Shown: positions 25,702 to 39,492 of the stretch, piece by piece | Layout of the letters: each line of letters starts with the position of its first letter | Numbering within the stretch: position 1 is the stretch's first letter | Source of the DNA: Paraspadella gotoi | Lineage: Eukaryota; Animalia; Chaetognatha | Reading direction: 5' to 3' | Length of the DNA stretch: 64,000 nt | Assembly: GCA_051294375.1 (NCBI GenBank) | Contig: CM119271.1 | Location: 11,613,896 to 11,677,895, forward strand | Notes under the pieces: model-generated | The model's database searches: none | Seen by the model: the letters and a program-made list of their open reading frames with translations, nothing else | Told to the model about the DNA's origin: nothing | Translations under genes and position numbers: made by a program

Positions 25702-25808
<107 letters not shown>

Positions 25809-25971
25809 AAGAAAAGAAAAGAAAAATCCCGATTATTAATTTTTTTTTCTTTTTCTTTTTCTTGATGAAGTTTTTCATCCATCATCTCAACTTGATTCGA
25901 AAATCTTTTTACTCTGCGTTTTATTTTAGGAGATTAAGAATGAAAGAAAGAGAGAGAGAGAGAGGGAGGGA

Positions 25972-26815
25972 GGTTACAGGTTACAGGATGGGTAGCGAGG
26001 ACTGTATGAAATTTTCTGCTGTCGCACCTTACATAAATGAGCTTCAATAGTGTAGTGGTTACAGGTGGGCTAGCGAGGCTGTAATGAAAATTTTCTGCTG
26101 TCCACTCTTACTAATGGGCTCATAGTGTAGTGGTTACAGGTGGGTAAGCGAGGCTGTATAAATTTTCCTAGCTGTCCACTCTTACTATGGCTTCATAGTG
26201 TAAGTGGTTACAGGTGGGTAGCGAGGCTGTATGAAATTTTCTGGCTGTCCACAGCTTATCTATTGGCTTCATAGTTGTAAGTGGTTAACCAGGTGGGATA
26301 GCGAGGCTCGTATAAATTTCTGGCTGTCGCACCTTACTATGGCTTCATAGTGAGTGGTTACAGGTGGGCTAAGCGAGGCTGTATGAAAATTTTCTGCTGT
26401 CCCACCTTATCTTACTAATGGCTTCATAGTGTAGTGGTTACAGGTGGGTAGCGAGGCTGTATGTATGAAATTTTCTGTCTGCTGTCCATCACTTACTATG
26501 AGCTTCAATAGTGTAAGTGTTGACCAAGGTGGGATAGCGAGGGGCTGTGATGAAATTTTTCTGCTGTCCAACGTTACTAATGGCTTGCTATAGTGTAGTG
26601 GTTACAGGTGGCTAGCGAGGCTGTATGAAATTTTCCTGCTGTCCAACCTTACTATGGCTCATAGTGGTAGTGGACTTACAGGTGGGTAGCGAGGCATTGT
26701 ACTGAAATTTTCTGCTGTCCACACTTACTATGGCTATAGTGTAGTGGTGTACAGGTGGGTAGCGAGGCTGTTATGAAATTTTCTGGCTGTCCACCTACTC
26801 ATTGGCTTTCATAGT
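25972..26815 (+). repeat. ~70-bp tandem repeat array, ~11-12 copies
   Basis: The unit is approximately GGTTACAGGTGGGTAGCGAGGCTGTATGAAATTTTCTGCTGTCCACCTTACTATGGCTTCATAGTGTAGT, arranged head-to-tail with no unique spacers. Confidence 0.92.
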
Positions 26816-28293
26816 GGGAGGAGGGAGAGAAGAAGAGAAAAAGAAGGGTGAGAGAGAGAAGTAGAGGATGAAGAGAGAGAGAAAAAGGGAGGGAGGTAGA
26901 GAGAGAGAAAAGAGAAGAGAGCGAGTACGAGAGAGAGAGGAGACGAGAGAGAGGTCCGTTACTGTCGTCAATAAACAAAAGCTCCGCCTTTCATGTAAGA
27001 ATTGAAGAACAGGAAAATTGTCAAAATTCGTTTAATGGAGTGAAATGCAAAATAGAAAAGAAGAAATAGAGAGGAAAAAATAGAGAGGAAGAGATAGGAA
27101 AGAGAGAAGGAAAGAAAAAAGAATAAGAATATAGAAGAGAAAAAAAGAAAAGAAAAATTAAGAGAAGTCGATGAAAAAAGATAAGATAAGATAAGATAAG
27201 AGAAGAGAAGATAAGATGAGAGAAGAGAAGATAAGAGAAGATAAGATAAGAGAAGAGAAGCTTTTTCGGCCACCCTCAAGATTTCCTCGGCCACTTTCCG
27301 AAATTTCTTGGCCACCCTTAAGATTTCCTTGACCACCCTCTGAAATTTTTGGTCATCCTCAGGATTTCCTTTACCACCCTNNNNNNNNNNNNNNNNNNNN
27401 NNNNNNNNNNNNNNNNNNNNNNNNNNNNNNNNNNNNNNNNNNNNNNNNNNNNNNNNNNNNNNNNNNNNNNNNNNNNNNNNNNNNNNNNNNNNNNNNNNNN
27501 NNNNNNNNNNNNNNNNNNNNNNNNNNNNNNNNNNNNNNNNNNNNNNNNNNNNNNNNNNNNNNNNNNNNNNNNNNNNNNNNNNNNNNNNNNNNNNNNNNNN
27601 NNNNNNNNNNNNNNNNNNNNNNNNNNNNNNNNNNNNNNNNNNNNNNNNNNNNNNNNNNNNNNNNNNNNNNNNNNNNNNNNNNNNNNNNNNNNNNNNNNNN
27701 NNNNNNNNNNNNNNNNNNNNNNNNNNNNNNNNNNNNNNNNNNNNNNNNNNNNNNNNNNNNNNNNNNNNNNNNNNNNNNNNNNNNNNNNNNNNNNNNNNNN
27801 NNNNNNNNNNNNNNNNNNNNNNNNNNNNNNNNNNNNNNNNNNNNNNNNNNNNNNNNNNNNNNNNNNNNNNNNNNNNNNNNNNNNNNNNNNNNNNNNNNNN
27901 NNNNNNNNNNNNNNNNNNNNNNNNNNNNNNNNNNNNNNNNNNNNNNNNNNNNNNNNNNNNNNNNNNNNNNNNNNNNNNNNNNNNNNNNNNNNNNNNNNNN
28001 NNNNNNNNNNNNNNNNNNNNNNNNNNNNNNNNNNNNNNNNNNNNNNNNNNNNNNNNNNNNNNNNNNNNNNNNNNNNNNNNNNNNNNNNNNNNNNNNNNNN
28101 NNNNNNNNNNNNNNNNNNNNNNNNNNNNNNNNNNNNNNNNNNNNNNNNNNNNNNNNNNNNNNNNNAAGACGTAGGCGGCGGAGAAAGGCGGGAATCGAAC
28201 CCAAAGGAGCGATTAACCGCGATACTGTGAAAGAGAGAGACGATCGAAAGGGCGGGTAGGTGAAGGTGNNNNNNNNNNNNNNNNNNNNNNNNN

Positions 28294-31200
28294 CAGCTTC
28301 CTTCCGGTCACGTCAGTCGGTCAGTTCCGCTGTCGGTCAGTCCCGTCGGTCGCCCGGCTATGTCAGTCGTCCCAAGTCCTTCGTATTCATCGTGCCACGT
28401 CCGTTCCGCTCGGTTCAGGTCAGATCGGTTCCAGCCGTCGTATGTCAGTCAGGCAGTCCTTCGTATCGCTATTCAGTGCATCCGGTCAGTCGTCGCTTAT
28501 GCAGTCGTACATCCGTCCGCTACTATGTCAGTCTTTATGAAAAGAAAACACCATATTAGTGGTTTATACTTATATGATACTACTACCATATCTGAACTGT
28601 TCTCTATGTTGGATTCACTCCTCGTTTCTATTTTTCAAATCACTAGATAATCATAATAATTTACTTATAAAAAGGTGATTAACTACTACATTAATTTAAA
28701 TCCTTGTCTCTCTTCATGTTGGATTCACTCTTTTCTGATTTCACCACCCCCAAAACACGTATGCCAGTAATATAGTTCAAATTACTTGTGGTGGGGGGGG
28801 GGTGGGTGGGGGAGGCGATGTGCGGGTAACTGATTGTACGGTACATGTGCAATGACTGTGGTCTGTCTGGGCGTGGTGATGGGGGGTGGGAGTGGAGGGG
28901 GGAGTGGTGGGGATAGGATGCGGTGGTGAGAGTGGGGTGCAGCGTCGGTGTGTTTTGTGTCGTAGGGAGTGCTGCAGGCGAGTGTAGTTGATGGTTGATG
29001 AAGGTTATAGTTTATTATACTCTATCTAATCACTACTAAGATATTACGACAACTGTCTCCTTCTCTAAATGTATTGGATTCACTCTTTTCTATGTTTCAC
29101 AATAATGATAAGTTTCAATTACTAATCTTTCTGATTGAGTTAATAATACTTACTACACTATAAATTAACTCTGTTTGTATTGCTCTCTCTCTATGTTGGA
29201 TTTCCTCTTTTTTTCCTATTTTCTTCACAATGATAATATAGTTTCTATTACTCCTATAGTAATACTTACTACAATATTCTAACGTTTTGTCACTCATGTT
29301 TTGTTCATGGAATTTCACTCTTTTCCTATTTTCACAAGTAGATAAATATTAGAAGTTTATTACTATGAGTAATATACGACATTTAACCTGTCTCTACTTA
29401 TTGGATTCATCTTCTTATTTTCACAATAGCATAACGTATAGGTTTATACTAGTATACTAATACTACTACATATGAAACTGTCTCATCTATGTTTGGGAAT
29501 TCACTCTTTTTCTGATTTTTTACAATAGGATAATATGTGGGTTCATTACCTTATGAATACTACAACATATTTTTCTAAACTGTACTCTCTATGTCTTGAC
29601 TAGTTCTTCTTCTCTCTAAATTTACCTTTTCCATAGGGCGCAAAACTCTGAGAGAGAAAAAATCTGCTTCATTAAACCAGAAAAAACCAACAAAATAGCA
29701 ACTAACAACAAAGCGTCGAGCTTGAGTATTCGATGTCTGACGTTGTCTTTTGGCAAAACGAGACGCGACCAATTTTACCAACCCAAAGAGCGGCTTTACA
29801 GTCAAGCGAAAGGCGCCGAAACGGCTGTACTCGTTGTTGAAAACTTAAAGAAAATGTCCGGGCCGGCCAATTTAATGTCTGAGACCGGAGCACAGAGAGA
29901 GAGAAGAAGCGACTAGAGAGAGAAGGAATGAGAGATGGAGAGAGAGAGGACCAGAGAGAGAATACACGGTCTAACAGGATCGGGCCGTATCTAAGGAGAA
30001 CGACGCGATGAGATCCGAATGCGAGAGCATCGGAGGACAGACGAGACCCGTGCAGCGGCGTCACACAGCCGTCCCCGCAGCTGGTTCCGCAGACTATTCC
30101 GCTCTGCTCGCGCCCGATGCCGGTACGTGTCCTGGTCAAAGGCGGGTCGTTTTGCAATCGCATTCCTTTTTCCGTCTGTATCATTTGAGAACAAATGACG
30201 GGAACAATAGCAAAGGAGGAGCGGAGGAGTGAGTCAGTGAGAGAGCCGAGGGAGGGAATTCGAGAGGCGGAGGCGCTTGGCGGCACTGAATCATGAGACC
30301 GGCGGCCGGGGCGGCCGAGCCGGCTCTCACGCCAGAACCACGCACCTGGGATTGATTCTTGCTACTAGACAAGTCCGTTTACAATCGTTTTAAAGACAGC
30401 GGAAGTTGCACATGAGAGTTATGTGACACACAAAGTGTTGTAAACATCTACGTTGTAATTTCATGCAATTACGACTTCTGATCCGGTCTAAACAAATAGT
30501 AAATATATACCAAAATGATATCAGAATCTAAATACTTACAAAAAACCGATGACGTGCATTCCATCTCAATTTTTCTGTCAAACAGCTTGCTTTGCTACAA
30601 GCAAATTTGCCTAAAGAAAGAAAAGAAACAAAGAAAGAAAGAAAAGAAAGAAAGAATAAGACCAAGGAAAGCGAAAGAAAAGAAAAAGTACGTGGGAAAA
30701 GAGAAAAGTATCAACAAAAAAGAAAGAACAAGAAAGAAAGGAAAAAGAAAGGATATAAAGAAAGAAAAGAGAAACAATCCCGATTATTAATTTTTTTTCA
30801 TCTTTTTTCTTTCCTCTCTTTCCTTCTTTTCTGCTTTTCTTACTTTTTTTCTTTTTCTTTCTCTTCCTTTTTCTCTTTTCTTTTTTTTATTTTTCGTTTT
30901 CTTTGTTTTTTTTTTTTCTTCTTTTTCTTCCTTTCTTCTCTTTCTCTCTCTCTTCTTCCTTTCTCCTCTCCTTCTTCTCCTTTTCTTTACTTTCTTCTTC
31001 TTCTTTTTACCTTCTTTTCTTTCTTCTTTTTTTTTTTCTTTTCCTTTCTTTCTTCTTTTTTTCTTCTTCTTTTCTTTCTCTCAGTCTTCGGTTATTTCTT
31101 TTCTTCCTCTTTCCTCTACTCTACACTCTCCGTTTCTTCTACTCTCTCTTTTTTCTTCTATTCTTTCTGTGTCTATCTATCTTGTTTTTTTCTTGATGAA

Positions 31201-32632
31201 GTTCTCTCCCATCCAATCCGATCCCTCACACTGTTGAGTTATCGGAAAATCTTTTTACTCTGCGTATTCTATCGTACGATCGGGAGATTAAGAATGAAAG
31301 AGAAGACAGCAGGAGAAGAGAGGGACGGGAGGCGAGAGAAGAAGAGAAATAAGGGCAGGGATGGTAGAGAGAGAGAGAAGAAAGTGGAGAAGGTTAGCAG
31401 AGATGGAGAAAAAGAGAGGAGAGGATAACAACACCGGAGGATAAGAGACGAGAAAAAAGGAGCAGGTAGCGCAGCGTAGAGAGAGAGAAAAAGAGAGCGG
31501 AGCGGACCTTCTTACCTGACCGAAGACGACGAGAAAAAAGGGAGGTGAGCTGGCTAGTGCAGATCCGAGAAAAGAGAGCCCGAGGGATAAAAAGAGAATG
31601 AGAAAAAGGGAGGAGCCGTAGAAGAGGAGCGAAAAAGAGAGGGAGCCACCGTAGCAGAGAGAGAGAGAAAAGGGAGGGGGAGGTAGAGAGAGGAGAAAAA
31701 AAGAGTAGCTAAGAGTAGAGAGAGAGAAGAGAAAGAGAGGTCCGTTATTGTCCGTCCATTAAACGACAAAAGCTCCGCCTTCAATGTAAGAATTGAAGAA
31801 ACCGGAAAAAATTTCATTCGTTTTAATTGGAGTGAAATTGCAAAATAAGAAAAGAAGCAAATAGAAGGAAAAAATAGAGAGGAAAGAATAGGCAAAAGAG
31901 AGATGGAAAGAAAAAAGAATAAAGAATTAGTAGAACGAGGGAAAAGAAAAAGAAAATACAGAGAAGTCGATGAAAAAGATAAGATAAAGACTCTAAGAAG
32001 AGAGAATAATAAGAGAAGATAAGCTTTTCGGCCACCCTCAGATGTTCCCCGGCCACTCTCCGACAATTATGCCACCCTTCCAGATTTCCTGCGATCACCT
32101 CTGGAATTTCTTGGCCATCCTCAGCATTTCATCCGAGCCCACCTCTCATGAATTCGCCACCTGCTTACCACCTCTCTGGAATCTTTTTGGGCCCACCCTC
32201 AATTGATTTCTTTACCACCCTCTGGAGATTTTTTGGCCGACCCTCAATTGATTGATCTTAACAGCGAAATTTCGTGTTTGTATATGCAAGAAGACCGATG
32301 ACCAGAGCAGATGATGAGAGAGTAGGCGAGAGAGGAGAGAGAGAGGAGAGAAAGATGATGAGAGAGAGCAGAGCCGGAAATCTTTAGTGCCTTCAAACGG
32401 ACGCTACGGCGTGTGAGAAAGCGAAGAGAGAGTGAATGAAATATAAACGAGGAAAGTGGGAGAGAGTAGCGCATAGAAAGAGAAAAGAGAGGAAAGACGA
32501 GAGGAAGAGAGACGAGAGGAGAGAGCCTGCGGAGGGCGTGGAGCGTATATACAGCAAAGGGGTAGAAGGAACACCCCAACCTTGTACTTCAGTCGAAGAA
32601 GAGAAGATGAGAGAGAGAGAGGACGGAGAGAG

Positions 32633-32665
<33 letters not shown>

Positions 32666-33356
32666 AGATGAGAGAGAGATGAGTAGAGAGAGAGAGAATC
32701 GAGTCAGCGAGAGAGCTGGCAGGAGAGGGAGTGAGAGAAGTTAGGGAGAGTAGCGAAAAGCACGAGAAAAGAAAAAAGAAAGAAAAGAGTATTGAGAAAA
32801 GGAAAGAAAAAAAAGAAAATTTTCTATCGCCTACAATTTTCTATGCTACCGTCGCTATTCTATCCTAAAGCCTAAGGCTAATCAACCCATCGGGCCATCT
32901 TCTCTCTTTCTCTTTGCTCTCTCGTCCTCTCTTTCTCTCTCCACCGCCCTCTCCTCTCCCTCTCTCTCTCTTCTCTCTCGTCTCTCTCTCTCTCTCCATC
33001 TCACGTTTCTTATGCTCTTTCGAGATCTCGGTTTTAAATCCGTGTTCACGTAAACTTAAAAGAAGAAAACGAAGAAAGAAAGGGAAAATGAGTCGACCGA
33101 CACGACGTATTGTCGAAGGACGACAGCACGCGCGGCAGACCCCGAAGACCGCGTAGGCGGCGGAGGAACAGGCGCGGAATTCGAACCCAAAGGAAGCGTA
33201 ATTAAACCGCCGAGATACTGTGAAAGAGAGAAGAGAGTCGAAAGGGCGGGTACGCTGTGGAGGTGGATGGGTAGCCTTACCCTCTCCCTCTCTTTCTCTC
33301 TCTCTCTGTCTTCTCGCTCTCTCTTCTTCTCTCTCTCTCTCTTCCTCTCTTTTCTC

Positions 33357-33400
<44 letters not shown>

Positions 33401-34323
33401 AGCGCGAAAACGAAAGAGGAACTATTTTCCTTAAGTACGAATTCGTTGTTCCAACGACCGATGAGACTAAGAGAGAATTCGGCGAAGGGGAAAGAGAGAG
33501 ATAGAGACGCCTCTCGCTCTCCCTATTTTTTTTTCTTCCCTTTCTCTCTCTCTCTTTCTCGCTCTCTCACTCACTCTCCCTCTCATTCCTTGCCTTCCCG
33601 GAAATTTTTGTTTCGCTTGGCAAAAGCCTCTCTCTCTCTCTCTCTTTTTTTTTCTCGCTCTATCTTTCTCTTCTCATAACTTAATTCCCCATTTACTATA
33701 GAATGTAGCGGCGTAGTGCTTCTCTGCAAAAAAGTTCCAAAGCGAGGCGGCGCTCGGAGTGAAAGCTTAAAGGAGCCGAGATGAAAACGAAGCCAAAACG
33801 AAAAAATGATGCTCTTTTATTTTTAGAACAAATTTTAATATGCCTCTCAGATCCTCTCTTCTCTCTCTCTCTCCTCTCTCTACCTCTCTCTCTTCCATCT
33901 CTTTCTCTCTCTCCTCCTCTCCCCTGCTATCTCTCTCTCCCCTCCTCTCCTCTCTCTCCTCTCTTGCTTGCGCTCGCCTGTATTTGTTCAATCGATAACG
34001 GGGATTTATTTTCTGAGTTTTGGAAAATAAGTTAATTCTAAACGCGAACCGCTCTTCCCGAACATTCTGCTATTATATAATTCTCTTTTCTACTATACAA
34101 TATAGCACATTGCTTAATGCTCTTTCAAATACAATGCAATGGGCACGTTGCTCGATGAAGCGCGCATTTTGTACTACAACCAGAATCGTCGCTCGGAACT
34201 CTATTCCATTTACTGAAATGTCTTGCGCTTTGAACTTTTTCGGAGCGAGAAACAATTTGAAGAGAAAGAACGACAGAAAACAGTTTAGCCTTTGGCTTTG
34301 CTCTTTTTGGTGGGGCGGAATTT

Positions 34324-34360
<37 letters not shown>

Positions 34361-37300
34361 NNNNNNNNNNNNNNNNNNNNNNNNNCAGCTTCCTTCCGGT
34401 CACGTCAGTCGGTCAGTTCCGCTGTCGGTCAGTCCCGTCGGTCGCCCGGCTATGTCAGTCGTCCCAAGTCCTTCGTATTCATCGTGCCACGTCCGTTCCG
34501 CTCGGTTCAGGTCAGATCGGTTCCAGCCGTCGTATGTCAGTCAGGCAGTCCTTCGTATCGCTATTCAGTGCATCCGGTCAGTCGTCGCTTATGCAGTCGT
34601 ACATCCGTCCGCTACTATGTCAGTCTTTATGAAAAGAAAACACCATATTAGTGGTTTATACTTATATGATACTACTACCATATCTGAACTGTTCTCTATG
34701 TTGGATTCACTCCTCGTTTCTATTTTTCAAATCACTAGATAATCATAATAATTTACTTATAAAAAGGTGATTAACTACTACATTAATTTAAATCCTTGTC
34801 TCTCTTCATGTTGGATTCACTCTTTTCTGATTTCACCACCCCCAAAACACGTATGCCAGTAATATAGTTCAAATTACTTGTGGTGGGGGGGGGGTGGGTG
34901 GGGGAGGCGATGTGCGGGTAACTGATTGTACGGTACATGTGCAATGACTGTGGTCTGTCTGGGCGTGGTGATGGGGGGTGGGAGTGGAGGGGGGAGTGGT
35001 GGGGATAGGATGCGGTGGTGAGAGTGGGGTGCAGCGTCGGTGTGTTTTGTGTCGTAGGGAGTGCTGCAGGCGAGTGTAGTTGATGGTTGATGAAGGTTAT
35101 AGTTTATTATACTCTATCTAATCACTACTAAGATATTACGACAACTGTCTCCTTCTCTAAATGTATTGGATTCACTCTTTTCTATGTTTCACAATAATGA
35201 TAAGTTTCAATTACTAATCTTTCTGATTGAGTTAATAATACTTACTACACTATAAATTAACTCTGTTTGTATTGCTCTCTCTCTATGTTGGATTTCCTCT
35301 TTTTTTCCTATTTTCTTCACAATGATAATATAGTTTCTATTACTCCTATAGTAATACTTACTACAATATTCTAACGTTTTGTCACTCATGTTTTGTTCAT
35401 GGAATTTCACTCTTTTCCTATTTTCACAAGTAGATAAATATTAGAAGTTTATTACTATGAGTAATATACGACATTTAACCTGTCTCTACTTATTGGATTC
35501 ATCTTCTTATTTTCACAATAGCATAACGTATAGGTTTATACTAGTATACTAATACTACTACATATGAAACTGTCTCATCTATGTTTGGGAATTCACTCTT
35601 TTTCTGATTTTTTACAATAGGATAATATGTGGGTTCATTACCTTATGAATACTACAACATATTTTTCTAAACTGTACTCTCTATGTCTTGACTAGTTCTT
35701 CTTCTCTCTAAATTTACCTTTTCCATAGGGCGCAAAACTCTGAGAGAGAAAAAATCTGCTTCATTAAACCAGAAAAAACCAACAAAATAGCAACTAACAA
35801 CAAAGCGTCGAGCTTGAGTATTCGATGTCTGACGTTGTCTTTTGGCAAAACGAGACGCGACCAATTTTACCAACCCAAAGAGCGGCTTTACAGTCAAGCG
35901 AAAGGCGCCGAAACGGCTGTACTCGTTGTTGAAAACTTAAAGAAAATGTCCGGGCCGGCCAATTTAATGTCTGAGACCGGAGCACAGAGAGAGAGAAGAA
36001 GCGACTAGAGAGAGAAGGAATGAGAGATGGAGAGAGAGAGGACCAGAGAGAGAATACACGGTCTAACAGGATCGGGCCGTATCTAAGGAGAACGACGCGA
36101 TGAGATCCGAATGCGAGAGCATCGGAGGACAGACGAGACCCGTGCAGCGGCGTCACACAGCCGTCCCCGCAGCTGGTTCCGCAGACTATTCCGCTCTGCT
36201 CGCGCCCGATGCCGGTACGTGTCCTGGTCAAAGGCGGGTCGTTTTGCAATCGCATTCCTTTTTCCGTCTGTATCATTTGAGAACAAATGACGGGAACAAT
36301 AGCAAAGGAGGAGCGGAGGAGTGAGTCAGTGAGAGAGCCGAGGGAGGGAATTCGAGAGGCGGAGGCGCTTGGCGGCACTGAATCATGAGACCGGCGGCCG
36401 GGGCGGCCGAGCCGGCTCTCACGCCAGAACCACGCACCTGGGATTGATTCTTGCTACTAGACAAGTCCGTTTACAATCGTTTTAAAGACAGCGGAAGTTG
36501 CACATGAGAGTTATGTGACACACAAAGTGTTGTAAACATCTACGTTGTAATTTCATGCAATTACGACTTCTGATCCGGTCTAAACAAATAGTAAATATAT
36601 ACCAAAATGATATCAGAATCTAAATACTTACAAAAAACCGATGACGTGCATTCCATCTCAATTTTTCTGTCAAACAGCTTGCTTTGCTACAAGCAAATTT
36701 GCCTAAAGAAAGAAAAGAAACAAAGAAAGAAAGAAAAGAAAGAAAGAATAAGACCAAGGAAAGCGAAAGAAAAGAAAAAGTACGTGGGAAAAGAGAAAAG
36801 TATCAACAAAAAAGAAAGAACAAGAAAGAAAGGAAAAAGAAAGGATATAAAGAAAGAAAAGAGAAACAATCCCGATTATTAATTTTTTTTCATCTTTTTT
36901 CTTTCCTCTCTTTCCTTCTTTTCTGCTTTTCTTACTTTTTTTCTTTTTCTTTCTCTTCCTTTTTCTCTTTTCTTTTTTTTATTTTTCGTTTTCTTTGTTT
37001 TTTTTTTTTCTTCTTTTTCTTCCTTTCTTCTCTTTCTCTCTCTCTTCTTCCTTTCTCCTCTCCTTCTTCTCCTTTTCTTTACTTTCTTCTTCTTCTTTTT
37101 ACCTTCTTTTCTTTCTTCTTTTTTTTTTTCTTTTCCTTTCTTTCTTCTTTTTTTCTTCTTCTTTTCTTTCTCTCAGTCTTCGGTTATTTCTTTTCTTCCT
37201 CTTTCCTCTACTCTACACTCTCCGTTTCTTCTACTCTCTCTTTTTTCTTCTATTCTTTCTGTGTCTATCTATCTTGTTTTTTTCTTGATGAAGTTCTCTC

Positions 37301-38724
37301 CCATCCAATCCGATCCCTCACACTGTTGAGTTATCGGAAAATCTTTTTACTCTGCGTATTCTATCGTACGATCGGGAGATTAAGAATGAAAGAGAAGACA
37401 GCAGGAGAAGAGAGGGACGGGAGGCGAGAGAAGAAGAGAAATAAGGGCAGGGATGGTAGAGAGAGAGAGAAGAAAGTGGAGAAGGTTAGCAGAGATGGAG
37501 AAAAAGAGAGGAGAGGATAACAACACCGGAGGATAAGAGACGAGAAAAAAGGAGCAGGTAGCGCAGCGTAGAGAGAGAGAAAAAGAGAGCGGAGCGGACC
37601 TTCTTACCTGACCGAAGACGACGAGAAAAAAGGGAGGTGAGCTGGCTAGTGCAGATCCGAGAAAAGAGAGCCCGAGGGATAAAAAGAGAATGAGAAAAAG
37701 GGAGGAGCCGTAGAAGAGGAGCGAAAAAGAGAGGGAGCCACCGTAGCAGAGAGAGAGAGAAAAGGGAGGGGGAGGTAGAGAGAGGAGAAAAAAAGAGTAG
37801 CTAAGAGTAGAGAGAGAGAAGAGAAAGAGAGGTCCGTTATTGTCCGTCCATTAAACGACAAAAGCTCCGCCTTCAATGTAAGAATTGAAGAAACCGGAAA
37901 AAATTTCATTCGTTTTAATTGGAGTGAAATTGCAAAATAAGAAAAGAAGCAAATAGAAGGAAAAAATAGAGAGGAAAGAATAGGCAAAAGAGAGATGGAA
38001 AGAAAAAAGAATAAAGAATTAGTAGAACGAGGGAAAAGAAAAAGAAAATACAGAGAAGTCGATGAAAAAGATAAGATAAAGACTCTAAGAAGAGAGAATA
38101 ATAAGAGAAGATAAGCTTTTCGGCCACCCTCAGATGTTCCCCGGCCACTCTCCGACAATTATGCCACCCTTCCAGATTTCCTGCGATCACCTCTGGAATT
38201 TCTTGGCCATCCTCAGCATTTCATCCGAGCCCACCTCTCATGAATTCGCCACCTGCTTACCACCTCTCTGGAATCTTTTTGGGCCCACCCTCAATTGATT
38301 TCTTTACCACCCTCTGGAGATTTTTTGGCCGACCCTCAATTGATTGATCTTAACAGCGAAATTTCGTGTTTGTATATGCAAGAAGACCGATGACCAGAGC
38401 AGATGATGAGAGAGTAGGCGAGAGAGGAGAGAGAGAGGAGAGAAAGATGATGAGAGAGAGCAGAGCCGGAAATCTTTAGTGCCTTCAAACGGACGCTACG
38501 GCGTGTGAGAAAGCGAAGAGAGAGTGAATGAAATATAAACGAGGAAAGTGGGAGAGAGTAGCGCATAGAAAGAGAAAAGAGAGGAAAGACGAGAGGAAGA
38601 GAGACGAGAGGAGAGAGCCTGCGGAGGGCGTGGAGCGTATATACAGCAAAGGGGTAGAAGGAACACCCCAACCTTGTACTTCAGTCGAAGAAGAGAAGAT
38701 GAGAGAGAGAGAGGACGGAGAGAG

Positions 38725-38757
<33 letters not shown>

Positions 38758-39448
38758 AGATGAGAGAGAGATGAGTAGAGAGAGAGAGAATCGAGTCAGC
38801 GAGAGAGCTGGCAGGAGAGGGAGTGAGAGAAGTTAGGGAGAGTAGCGAAAAGCACGAGAAAAGAAAAAAGAAAGAAAAGAGTATTGAGAAAAGGAAAGAA
38901 AAAAAAGAAAATTTTCTATCGCCTACAATTTTCTATGCTACCGTCGCTATTCTATCCTAAAGCCTAAGGCTAATCAACCCATCGGGCCATCTTCTCTCTT
39001 TCTCTTTGCTCTCTCGTCCTCTCTTTCTCTCTCCACCGCCCTCTCCTCTCCCTCTCTCTCTCTTCTCTCTCGTCTCTCTCTCTCTCTCCATCTCACGTTT
39101 CTTATGCTCTTTCGAGATCTCGGTTTTAAATCCGTGTTCACGTAAACTTAAAAGAAGAAAACGAAGAAAGAAAGGGAAAATGAGTCGACCGACACGACGT
39201 ATTGTCGAAGGACGACAGCACGCGCGGCAGACCCCGAAGACCGCGTAGGCGGCGGAGGAACAGGCGCGGAATTCGAACCCAAAGGAAGCGTAATTAAACC
39301 GCCGAGATACTGTGAAAGAGAGAAGAGAGTCGAAAGGGCGGGTACGCTGTGGAGGTGGATGGGTAGCCTTACCCTCTCCCTCTCTTTCTCTCTCTCTCTG
39401 TCTTCTCGCTCTCTCTTCTTCTCTCTCTCTCTCTTCCTCTCTTTTCTC

Positions 39449-39492
<44 letters not shown>

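Noticed and set aside
25972-26815. CRISPR-like regular array
   Set aside because: The units are head-to-tail with no unique spacers, there are no cas genes, and the context is eukaryotic. It is a tandem satellite.
27349-28230. Long ORFs across N runs (also 24968-25571 and 43789-44448)
   Set aside because: They are open only because of assembly gaps.
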